Below are positions 51,521 through 64,000 of a stretch of 64,000 bases of DNA, in pieces. Below the pieces are notes generated by a model. That model had not been told where the DNA came from. It did not search any database and saw nothing but the letters and a program-made list of their open reading frames with translations. The translations under genes were made by a program, and so were the position numbers. Position 1 is the stretch's first letter. Each line of letters opens with the position of its first letter. The stretch comes from the human T2T-CHM13v2.0 reference genome, Homo sapiens: assembly GCF_009914755.1 (NCBI RefSeq), contig NC_060933.1; one strand, given 5' to 3'.

Positions 51521-54500
51521 GTAAGTGCCCTTTTAGGGCAGGGCCTGGGGACCCTGGCAGGGCATTGCTTTCCCATCCAAGACCTAAGTCTCCTCCCAGA
51601 AACACTGTGTTCCCATAGAGATCTGAGATGACAGCTCCAGCTCCCATTGACAGCAGCTTGGGGAAGGGTCAGCAGTGCCCAGCAGCCACCTCCCACCCTG
51701 CCCTCTGCACTACCTGCTCAGGTGGGACCAGGGCCATCACCACCTTCCAGTCTTTCCTGCTACCCTTCTTAAAATATCAGCTTCTCTTGGCTAAGGGTGA
51801 TTCCTGAGCACCGGCACTACGCCAGGCCCAGAGCCAGAGTCTTTGGTCTCTGTTATCTTCCAAATATTCTAGAAGGTCAGGAAAATAATAATTACCACCA
51901 ATGACTTATAAGCCACAATTTAGGGAGGACTAGTCACACACATACCAGGTACAACGCTAAGCCCTTTACCAGCTGGATCCATAGGACAACGGAAGTTCTG
52001 TCTTTAGATGAGGAAACTGAGACTCAGAGTGGTGAAGCAACTTGCCCAAGGACACACCGCTAGCAACTGGCACATCCAGGACCCAAATCTGGGCCCGTTT
52101 GGCTCCAAAGCCTCTGCTCACTCTGCTGTACCATGCACCCATTCTAAAGGCGAAGAGGCTGAGGCTCAGAGGAAGGCATAGATACATTCAGGACCTATGG
52201 CTATGAGTGAGGATCCAAAATTCAAACCCACGGCTCACAGGTGCCAAAGCCTGCTGGCCCAACTTGACCCTGCTGCTCCCTGAGAGACACCTGTCAGCCA
52301 CAAATGTCAGGACTCTGAAGAGACACCTTAGCTCACCTGAATTGCAGGTGGGCAGGCGGGCACCTCCCTCTGACTCTCCAGACCCATCTCCAGGCCAGTC
52401 CCTGGCCTCCGTCTTGGGCCCCGCTCTGACCCCACAGGTGGGCTTTCCCCGAGGCTGGCCGGTCACCCTGTGCAAGTCAGCTCCCCAGCCCAGGTTCCTA
52501 AGGGCCATGCCCTCTCGCCCACCTACTCTCCAGGTGACCTCAGAGAAGCAGACCCCTTCTCTGAACCTCAGTTTCCCCATCCACAGGCTTCCGCCCACCC
52601 TCGTTACCCCCTCCCCACAGTCTCCCAGGGTGCCTTGGCGACCGGCCCCTGCTGACTCCTCACATTTTCTTGCAAGAGCGAGAGCACCCCCTGTCTGTCA
52701 TCTGCCTGACTCCTCTCCCCCAACCCTGCTGCATCCAAGCGTACAGCCGAGTCCCAAGACCCGGAGCATTTGACAGCTGCTCCACACCCTTTGCCAGTGC
52801 CTGCTACACTGGGTGGTGATGCTGATGAAGGTCATGGCTAAAATGCTTTGGGCACTTGCCATGTGCCCAGTGCCACCCACCCAAAGGGCTTTATGTGAAT
52901 TAACCCATTTAATAATTAATGTTCCCAGCAACTCTCCCAAGCTTGATACATTACCATCCTCACTAGACGGATGAGGAAACTGAGGCACGAAGCAGCAGCC
53001 TTCTCACTCCACTCTGGGCGGCCACCTTTCTTCTTGGAAAGTCCACTGAGGTGGGCGGGAGGGGGTCTTCCAGCCTGGGTGCCTCATGCAGTCTTCTGCC
53101 TCCACCTTGCATGGCTTTTTGGCCCTGACTTCATCCTCTTCCCCTCCCTTCAAAGCCAATTCTACCTGAGTCCTTGTGCTCAAATGCACAGCATCTTCCC
53201 TGGTCTTTACATGAATCCCAGGAGAGACCCATTTTCTTAAGGTGTTTGTCCAGGAATCACCCCTCATGGTGAAAACTGCGTCTCGAATATGCACAGCACT
53301 TCATAGTTTATAGAGTGCTTTTACACCCGTTATCTCTTCGCTGATGTCCAGCTGACAGTGATGATGGTGGTGGTGACCAATAATAGTTAGCTTTTATCCA
53401 GCATTCACATGCCAGACACACTGCTAAGCTATTTACATGGTTTATCTCTTTCAATCCTTGCAGTAATCCTTTGATCCTGATTTTACAAACGAGGAAACTT
53501 GCCCAGGGTCACACAACTATTCAGTAGCGGTAGCAAGATTTGAACTTAGGCAGCATAACCCGAGGGTTGAGGGAGGCATCGTCCCCTGAGCAGAGAATCT
53601 TGGAATTAGAAGGAGCCAGAACCCCAGGTTCACACAGCACTGACTCACTCGGTGGTATTAGGGAGTCTCCACCTGTCTGCACTTCAGTTGTCCCATCTGT
53701 AACTGAAGAGGGTTAAGGAAGGTGACTTGCAAGGCTCCTCTGAGCACTGGCAGATGTCTGAGGATTTGGGGCATCTCTAGGAACCCCCAGAGACTGTTCT
53801 GCATGAGATTCACAAGGACGCCCACCCCAGGGGTCCAGTTAGCCCCTGGAGTGTGGTCTTAGGCAGAGCCCAGGTGAGGGCCCTTTGTTGAAAACCCGAC
53901 TAGCCACCTGGAACAGGCTGTCTGCCTCTGAGAGGAGAACAGGTGGCCAGGACGACAAGCCAGAAATGGAATCCCAGAGCCAGAGGAGTCTGCAGGAGAG
54001 TTATTCAGGCCAGCCCCCTGTCTTCATGCCAGGCTGTGCTTAGAAGCTGAGGCTCCCAGCAGGAAGGGATCCGGGCACAACTTTGTGCCCAGATCTGCTC
54101 TACATTGGCCCACGCCTCAGCTCGGAGTCTTCTGCCTTTATCTGTGCCATCTCTGGACCGCTCCATTGGAAAATCTTCCCAACTGAACTAGAAACTGCCC
54201 CAGCAACTCCCTCACACCCACCTCCTGCCCCAGAGCTCAGGCCTCAGCAGGCCCAGCTTGAAGCAATGAGCAATCATGAGTTGCTTTCTTGAGCCTCTCT
54301 TCTAGGCAGGGCCAAGCCCCAGGCTCCAGCTTCATGCCCTCTGCTTCCTGTGCTCTCTCTCCTCTGGATGCACACCAGTTTATCAGTGTCCCTCGTAAAC
54401 CTTGGCACTGGGGGACAGAACTGGTAAAGACACACTATGCTTTTCCAAGCCTGCTCTTCTCGCCCATCCCTTCCTGATGGACGCCGCCCCTCAGCAGCCA

Positions 54501-54698
54501 TGCCCTTGCTGCACTCCACACCTGCTCTGCTCACGGTGATGAGGGTGACAGCCCACGCCCCATCCTGGAATCCTGCATGCCCCATCCTGGAACCCCACCT
54601 GCCCCCAATCTCTCTCAGAGTACGCAAAGATTACCGTGATGAGATAAGGCAAGCTTAGAGTGACACTGATTGCTTCAAAACCATAAAAAGCCCATGCC

Positions 54699-55022
<324 letters not shown>

Positions 55023-55099
55023 TCAGGTGCCCCAAAGGTCCGAAGCCCCAAGAAGACCTTGGTTACAGCCCTATCACTGTAAAGAGGATACGCTCAGGA

Positions 55100-55310
55100 T
55101 CCTGCTTCAAAGTCCAGCTCCACCGCTAGCCAGTTGTGGGCCTCTGGGCCAGACCACTTGATTTAGCTCTGCCTCAGTTTCCTCTTCTGTAAAATGGGAC
55201 TAAAAGCGGACCAGCCTTGGAAAGCTTTTGTGGGGATTAAGTCAGTTAATAGATGTTAAAGGACTCAGACTATGGTCCTGACATGGTTAGTGCTATATAA
55301 ATGTTAGCTC
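55100..55310 (+). mobile_element. MIR SINE
   Basis: gcctcagtttcctcttctgtaaaatggg...taaatgttagct; ends approximate. Confidence 0.7.
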
Positions 55311-55682
55311 CATCCACTCCCCAGAGAAAGTATTCTGCAGCCAATAAGAATGATCGCCATGCAGAGCCCAGAGCGATAGGAGGGCACGTTCACCATAGAG
55401 CAAAGCAGTAACTATAACAAACAAAGATGGAGACCAGCAGTCCAGTGGGATTGTGCCTTTAGAGCTTAGTTTACTGCTGTCCGATTCATTGCCTTGGGAG
55501 AGTTGCTTCACTGCCCTGAGCCTGGTACATACCATCCAAACTGTTACCTACCATTTATTATTATTATTATTATTCACTGTGTTTTTGTCATCGAGGATTG
55601 AAAATACAACTCAGAAAAATGGAAAGAGTGGTTCTGAGAAGGAGAATTGGGTGAATTTTCTTTCTTGATGAAAATTTCTTTC

Positions 55683-56107
<425 letters not shown>

Positions 56108-56399
56108 TCAGGACCCCGGCTTATCTCTGAGTCACTCTGCCCTTCGCAGCCCAGGCCCAGGCAGGGACACATGGGAGCCTCTACGTCTGGGATGCATCCT
56201 TGTGCAAGCTTAGAGCTACACTGGGCTTGGCAGCCGAGTCACAGCACCCTGCCTTTTTGGCTGCAGAGGGAACTATCGGGAATCTAGGGACCAGTTGGCT
56301 GTGGATGCCTGAATGGAGCCCTGAGATTTGGGGCCTCTGATGCACTTGGCAACTAACTTATTCTCTCTCTCTCTCCCCTCTTCATGCCCTGCCACCCAG

Positions 56400-56507
56400 G
56401 GGGACAGGGGAGACCCAGGGCCTGATGGAGAACATGGCGAGAAAGGCCAGGAAGGGCTGATGGGTGAGGACGGGCCCCCCGGCCCCCCTGGCGTCACTGG
56501 TGTCCGG
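56400..56507 (+). CDS. COL27A1: Collagen helix exon, 108 nt ([36 protein letters not shown])
   Basis: branch-point-like aactaac at 56351, long pyrimidine tract, cacccag|GGG...CGG|gtgagt. Confidence 0.96.
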
Positions 56508-57062
56508 GTGAGTGTGCAGGCCCCTTGCAGCGCCTGGAGCTCTGGGGTACCCTGAACTCTCATGCCTGTGCAGGCGGCTGGGCGGGAGGGCTTTTGGTCG
56601 TGCCACTGAAGGATCTTCTGCTGTGGTCCTTTCTCCACCTGGCAGTTTGCCAGAGAACCAATCTGCTCAATGCTCCATGGCTCTGGAGAACAACCTCGGT
56701 TACTCATCCTCCTGGCTGCCCTGCCCTGTGCAAACCTGGTCCCTGCCGACCTCATCTCATCCATCCCCCATATCCAGACACACTAAACTTTTTTCAGTTT
56801 CTTGGACAAGCTGTGGCCCTTACCCCTGGGCCTTTGCATGTGCTCTGTCTAGGACACTCTCCCTTCCTCACTCCCCTGTCACCTGCTTAAGTTCTATTTG
56901 GCCTTCAGGTATCATCATAGACATCACCTGCTCCAAAAAGCCATTCCTGCCCCCAGGCTGGGCCATGAGCCCTCAGGGACATGCATAACCTTCAGTGTAT
57001 GTCTTGGCTCCATGAAGACCAAGACCTTTTCTGGCCTTCATTTACGTCTTTAACAGTGCCTT

Positions 57063-57376
<314 letters not shown>

Positions 57377-58372
57377 CAGTACCTGACACATAAGAGGTGA
57401 CCAAAGTCTGTTTGTTGATTGAGAAGACGGAGGAACTCTGCTCTTCCACCCTAACAGAAATGTACTTAGTCAGTCCACAGACCCTCACGAGCATCTTCCC
57501 TGGGCCAGGTCCCCTGAGATTGAAGAGGTAAATCAGAAAGCATCCCTGACTTTGAGGGACATAGAAGCCGGTAGGGAAGGGAGCAGAATTCTCCTGTTTC
57601 AACATGTACAGACAAGTTGCCCAATGCTTTCTCGAAGGTTCCCTCTTTGATACCGATAGCAACCCCTGAGGATTGGGAAAATCGGAGAGGTAAAGGAAAC
57701 TTCCCAGGCTCACACAGTGAGAAATGACAAAGCTGGAATTTGAACTTAGGCCTGCATGACTCTACGCATACTGCCCCTGTGCTCTGGCAGAGTTGGAATC
57801 CAGGGCTTGGCTGTGGGGCTGTGAGGATGAGCTGGAGGCAGGTGGAAGCTTGATTTTTGAGTGTCGCAAATACTGGACTGATGACTCGGAACTTGACTTG
57901 GTAGTGGGGGGCAGTGGTAGTCTTGTACAGTTGAGCAGGGTTTGTGTGACCCAGGAGTGCTGGGTCGGTTCAGTTGAACTCCTTGGGACCCGTGGATTAG
58001 GTGGCCTCGTAGACAAAATGCCCAAATGCACAGGCCTGCTGGCATCTACCTTGAGCCAACCAGGTGGTGAGAACTCACGCCTCTGCTGCCATCCCAGTCT
58101 CCCTGGGGTGTCATTTTCACTCTTCATCCCTCAAGCGGAGAGACTGACGTTGTTACCTAGGCAAAGCAGCCCAGTTTGATTCAGGCCTGCTCTTGACACT
58201 GTTTTTCCCCCCTGAAGTGTTTACATGACTAACCTAGGACAGATCCAAGTTAGCCTGCAACAAACTATGGTTGTGGGAAAATATTTGTTTCCTAAAAATA
58301 GCACTGAAGTGCCAATCCCCCTAAACAGCTGCAACAGAATGAACTCACCAAACTAGAGAAGAATACGAGGGC

Positions 58373-58440
58373 GCTGAGTCAGCCAGGAGGCTTCCCCCAG
58401 GCTTGACTCAGTGGCGGGCTTGACTCAGCGGCGGGGAAGT
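58373..58440. promoter_or_regulatory. Candidate enhancer: three AP-1 (TGACTCA) sites, two of ARE/MARE type, plus ETS GGAAGT
   Basis: gctgagtca 58373; tgactca 58404; tgactcagc 58421; ggaagt 58435 (motif evidence only). Confidence 0.45.
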
Positions 58441-58874
58441 AGGCCAAGGGGAATTTAGCAGGAGGGTCCCGGGCCAGGATTCTGCATTAGGAACTTGGTC
58501 TGCGACCTTTCACCCGCCCCCTGCCCTCTCTGGTTTTGCCCTTGGAGGGTTTGGAAGGAATGTGTGCTAAGATTACTTTGAGCTCCAGCGTTCTAGGGAC
58601 CCTTTTTTAGTGAGTGTTGAGTATCATGGCTGTGGAATGGGCAGGAACACATGGCAGAAATAGCCTTGGAACCAGAGTCCTGAGGTTGAACTTGAGTTTC
58701 TGGCTCTAGTAACCCATTCTCTGTGTGACTTTGGGCAAATCACTGCCCCTCTCTGAGCCTTGGTTTTCTTATCTATAAAGAATAAATAAAACTTAGGGTA
58801 GGAAAGCACTTTATAAAATGCACCAGAAATATAGAAGATTGTCTTTATAAATTTAGAGGAGAAAGTGACTAGAG

Positions 58875-59835
58875 GCTGGTGGTGGCTGGTGGTGATGGTG
58901 AGTGGATGGTGTGGGTGGGGGCAGCAGCAATGGTAGTGGTGGTAATGACGATAATAATGATGGTGATGGTGGTAGTACTGATGATGGTGTTGGTGGTGGT
59001 GATGATGATGAAGATGATGGGGGTGTTGATGGTGGTAGTGGTGGTAGCGGTGACTGTGATGAGGTGGTGATGGTGGTGCTGGTGCTGGTGTCGATGGTGA
59101 TAGTGGAGTGGAGGTGAGGGTGATGATGGTGCTGGTGGCGATGGTGATAGTGGGGATGGGAGTGGAGTGGAGGTGAGGGTGATGATGGTGCTGGTGGCAA
59201 TGGTGATAGTGGGGGTGGGAGTGGAGTGGAGGTGAGGGTGGTGGTGGTGATGGTGGTGGTGGTGGTGATGGTGGTGGTGGTGGTGATGGTGGTGATGATG
59301 ATGGCGGGGGTGGTGGTGGTGATGATGATGGCGGGGGTGGTGGTGGTGATGATGATGGCGGGGGTGGTGGTGGTGATGATGATGGCGGGGGTGGTGGTGG
59401 TGATGATGATGGCGGGGGTGGTGGTGGTGATGATGATGGCGGGGGTGGTGGTGGTGATGATGATGGCGGGGGTGGTGGTGGTGATGATGATGGCGGGGGT
59501 GGTGGTGGTGATGATGATGGCGGGGGTGGTGGTGGTGATGATGGTGGGGGTGGGGGTGGTGGTGATAGTGATAGTGGTAATGATAATGATGATGATGGGG
59601 CACTGATGATGGTGGTGGTGATGGTGGTGGTGATAATGGTGGTGGTGGTACTAATGATAGTGGTAGTGGTGGTGATGATGGGTGGTAGTGATGGTAGTAG
59701 TGATGGCAGGGGAGTGATGATGGTGGTCATGGCAGTGGTGGGGGTGGGAGTGGTGATGATGATGATATGGTGGTATGGCGTAGGTAGTGGTGATGATGAT
59801 GGTGATGATGATGATAGTAGTGGTGTGGTGGTGGT
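58875..59835 (+). repeat. (GGT/GAT)n low-complexity region containing a 27-nt VNTR (9 copies, about 59295-59537)
   Basis: atgatgatggcgggggtggtggtggtg x9; ~60-nt units upstream. Confidence 0.95.
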
Positions 59836-60708
59836 AGCTGTGTTAATGTCAATATTTTGCCATCACTCCCATTTCTCATATGCCGGGATTGGAAGGAGAG
59901 TCACTTGGGCCAGACGAAGTGTGTGCCAAGTGATAAGGCAGTGAGGGGCCTTACTTGAGTCTCTTTGGCATCAGGATAAATACCTCCCACTCTGTGGCCT
60001 GGGAACAGTTGAGTATTTAAAAACAGAATTTTATGAGCCATCGGGGCCTTTCCAGAAATGCATCTATATGGATGGGGCCCAGCAGAAATATTCATTCCGG
60101 ACCCACAGCCTCACCCACTGTATGTATGCTCTCGGCTGGAGAGGGCACGTCCCAGCAAGTGGCGCCCTGTCCCAGGGGAGACGCAGCCTCCCGTCTCCCT
60201 GCTCCTGTACCGGATGCTTCAGCACTGACTCATCTCGCCTTCTGCAAGGGATCAGTCAGCCATTGCCGCCACCTCAGTGCACTGGAAAATGCCACCAATC
60301 ACTGTGACATGGCTTCCCCATTGCCTGACCAAGACCAGCCTGGAAGGAGAGGTGCCCCAGAAGTGGAGGAGCTGCTTGTCACTTCTGACCTGGCTGGGAG
60401 GCCCACAGAGGGCTTCCTCTCACTGAGCCTCAGTTCCTTTAGCTCCAAAACGGGATAAATAATCCCTTCCTCCAAACACTGGCAAGAATTGAACAAACAT
60501 TTATGTGGAATGAGAACACAGCACATGGCCCGTGGTGAGGGTTGTAGGGATTGTTGGTGTTTTATTACCGGAGGAGCTGGAGACTTTGAGATTGCCTAGT
60601 GCAGTCCGATAGAAATGAAATACAAGCCATATACAAGCCACTCCTTTTAAATTTTCTAGTAGCCACCTTTAAAAACAGCAAAAAGAAACAGGTAACTTCA
60701 ATTTTAAG

Positions 60709-61014
60709 GGCCAGTGCAGTGACTCATGCTGGTAGTCCCAGCACTTTAGGCAGCCAAGGTGGGAGGATTGTTTGAGCCTAAAAGTGCAAGACCAGCCTGG
60801 GCAACATAGTGAGAACTTGTTTCTATAACAATTAAATTAAATTAAATTAAAAAGTTAGCTGGGCGTGGTGGTGCATGCCTGTAGTCTTGGCTACTCGGGA
60901 GGCTGAGGTGGGAGGATCACTTGAGTCCCAGAGGTTGAGGCTTCAGTGAGCTGAGATTGAGCCACTGTGTTCCAGCCTGGGCAACAGAGAGAGACCTTGT
61001 CTCAAATTTAAAAA
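60709..61014 (+). mobile_element. Alu (AluJ-like)
   Basis: Diverged dimer with (ATTAA)n linker. Confidence 0.9.
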
Positions 61015-61340
61015 GGAATTAATTTTAATAATATAGTTTATTTAGCCCAATATATCCAAATATTATCATTTCAAAATATAATCAATATAAAAATCATTAA
61101 TAAGATATTTAGCACTCTTTTTGTAGTAAGTCTTTGAAATCCAGTGTATAGTATATTTTCATAGCATACTCAATTCAGATGTGAATTTTCATTGGAAATA
61201 CCTGATCCGTGTTTAGATTTTCATTGTATATAAAATTTCATTGGAAATACTTGATCTGTATTTAGATTTCATAAAATTTACAGTTGACAATGTAGGTTCA
61301 TATACCCAAGTTACTCCAAACAAGTTTTGTAGCAACCTAA

Positions 61341-61655
<315 letters not shown>

Positions 61656-63427
61656 TAAATTTAATTTTAAATTAATTAAAGTTAAATAATATTAAGAATT
61701 CAGTTCCTCAGTCATAGTAGCCACATTTCAAGTGTTCGGTAGCTGTATGTGGCTGGAGGCCACGGGGCTAGTCCCATACTAGAGGTGGGGAAACTAAGGT
61801 TCAGAGAAAGAGCAGGATTTGTCCAGGGGTACATGTAGACTCAGGCACCGGGTTCAGGCAGTCTGTGCTGAGGTCCTTCCCGGGCCACTGTTCCTGCCTT
61901 TCTGAGGACCGCAGGGTGGTCTGACTGGTGCATCTCTTTGGGATAGCGTCATCTTTTCTGGCATCATAGTTGATGCCGCATTAGTCTTTAGAGCAGACAT
62001 TTCTCCCTTGTGCTGAATCAAAGCCAGCCGCCCCATAATTTTCATGCGCTGGCCACCCTAGAGAACATGGCTGGCCCTGCCTCCAGAACAGCTGCAGAAA
62101 TCTGCAGACAGGAACCAAGTCCTCTGGGTTGGTCCAGATGTTTCCTTGTTCCTCTAGGACCTCCTCTTCCTGTCCCTCTTCTATCACAATTAGTCAGTGC
62201 CTCTTCTTAAAGTACAATACCTATTCCCAAATGGGACATCACCTCCTTCATTCTACATCTGGTGCCTCTGTTAATGCAACCAGAGGGATTACATCAAAGC
62301 AGCTCCTTAGTGCTTACCAAGAGCATAGACATTCTTTCTAGATCCTTTGAGGCTTGCAGTCAAGAAGTCCTTTCCAGGCCAGAAACGCTGCCTGCCCCAC
62401 TCCCTCCATCCTGACCTAGTATGGCCCAGGATTGATTCTCTCTCTTCTCTTTCTCTCTGTGTCTGTCTCTTACTGTCACATTCACACTTGCACACACTCA
62501 CTCACCCTTGCTGTGCAGTTTCTCTGACAACTGTGGACACAAAGCTGGATTTGCCCTCCCAGGGCAGGGCAGGGCAGATCAGGCCGGAGGATCTCTTTGG
62601 GAAGCCCTGTGGGGCAGGGGCAGAGTGGCCTGTCAGAGGGAATGGCCTGGGGACTCCAAGGAAAGTGGGAGAAGGCAGCTGACCTTTCCAGCACAATTCC
62701 CTACTGTGAGGAGGCTCCTCCAGCCCAGTCCCTGAGAGACGAGGGGCCCGTTCAAGGGACATGCCCACAGGAATTGCTCGCAAGTGGCGCACAACATCTC
62801 AGAGATAGGGAAGAACCTATAAATCCTCTCCTGCCACCTCATGTCATCAGTGGGGACCATGAGCCAGGGGTGGTAAGAGCCCTGGGCATGGAGCCAGAAC
62901 AGCTGGGATTGATTCAGGGCCTGCAAGGCGCAGCTGGGACCCTGGGCAAAAATCACTGTATCTTTGGGAACTTGGCTGCCTCAACTGGAAGCGGGTCTCA
63001 TTGGGGCCTAATGTTCAAGGTCGTTGGGAGGGTGGAACAGCACTTGGCGCTGGAGAGAGCTCAGTGCAGAGAGTTGCTCCCTGTAGGACACCCCTGGATG
63101 CCTAACAGTAACCATGACAACAGCAAAGCCAGCAATTGCAGAAGCCGCACCCGCCATCCACCCCTGCACCCAGGCCTCACTGTCAGCACGTTCTTACATC
63201 GCCAGGTCGAATCCCTAAGTTCTGTGACACTGTCCCCACTTCACAGCAGAGGATGCTGAGCCTGGGAAATTAGGTCAGGCTCAAGGTCATGTGGGTACTG
63301 GGTGGCAGAATCAGTTTCGAACCTGGCCATCTGCCTCCAGAGCCGACAGTCTGACCGCCTTGCGGATCCGCCTCAGTTTCCTCTCTTCTCTCATCTTTCT
63401 CTTGCTCTTTCCCTCCTCTCTCTTCAG

Positions 63428-63481
63428 GGTCCTGAAGGAAAATCAGGGAAGCAAGGCGAGAAGGGCCGCACTGGAGCCAAG
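63428..63481 (+). CDS. COL27A1: Collagen helix exon, 54 nt (GPEGKSGKQGEKGRTGAK)
   Basis: tcttcag|GGT...AAG|gtaggt. Confidence 0.96.
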
Positions 63482-63499
63482 GTAGGTGTCCCCTTCTGA

Positions 63500-63883
<384 letters not shown>

Positions 63884-64000
63884 TAACCTGCAGAAAGCTG
63901 CAGCCCCGCCTCCGGAACAGTATACACCACACAGAATACTTCCTGCAATTTGAAGGGGTGTGTGGGTCCCCTGAAGCCCTCTATGGACCCAAATTAATAA

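Noticed and set aside
59295-59537. CRISPR-like or other prokaryotic repeat system
   Set aside because: Units are contiguous with no unique spacers, and the context is a primate intron with Alus.
58624-59730. 368-aa Pro/Ser/His-rich minus-strand ORF and overlapping poly-His and poly-Val ORFs
   Set aside because: These are translations of the GGT/GAT repeat and VNTR, stop-free because of base composition; no independent coding evidence.

Overview
Primate (very probably human) genomic DNA from inside a fibrillar collagen gene on the + strand, recognised from the translated peptide as COL27A1 (collagen XXVII alpha-1). I located 27 consecutive GT-AG exons (19 x 54 nt, 6 x 45 nt, 2 x 108 nt; 1512 nt). 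They encode 504 aa of uninterrupted Gly-X-Y helix, all in phase 0. From memory these are roughly exons 13-39; that numbering is not verified. The gene start and end lie outside the window. Introns hold about 19 Alu elements or fragments, many MIR/L2 relics, L1M fragments, DNA-transposon fossils (MER53, MER20, MADE1, MER119-like, MER33/MER3-like), a 27-nt VNTR and several local duplications. Nearly all six-frame ORFs are spurious. I found no evidence of a new protein-coding system. The most unusual items are structural: (1) a three-copy inverted intronic element with alternative pairings at 10.0-11.15 kb; (2) an Alu with an inverted 5' end; (3) a perfect 25-bp fold-back hairpin inside an Alu; (4) a tail-less Alu fragment with a 19-bp flanking duplication; (5) a 45-54-45-(54x5) exon periodicity with one 54-nt exon missing; (6) an AP-1/ARE site cluster partly built by micro-duplication.
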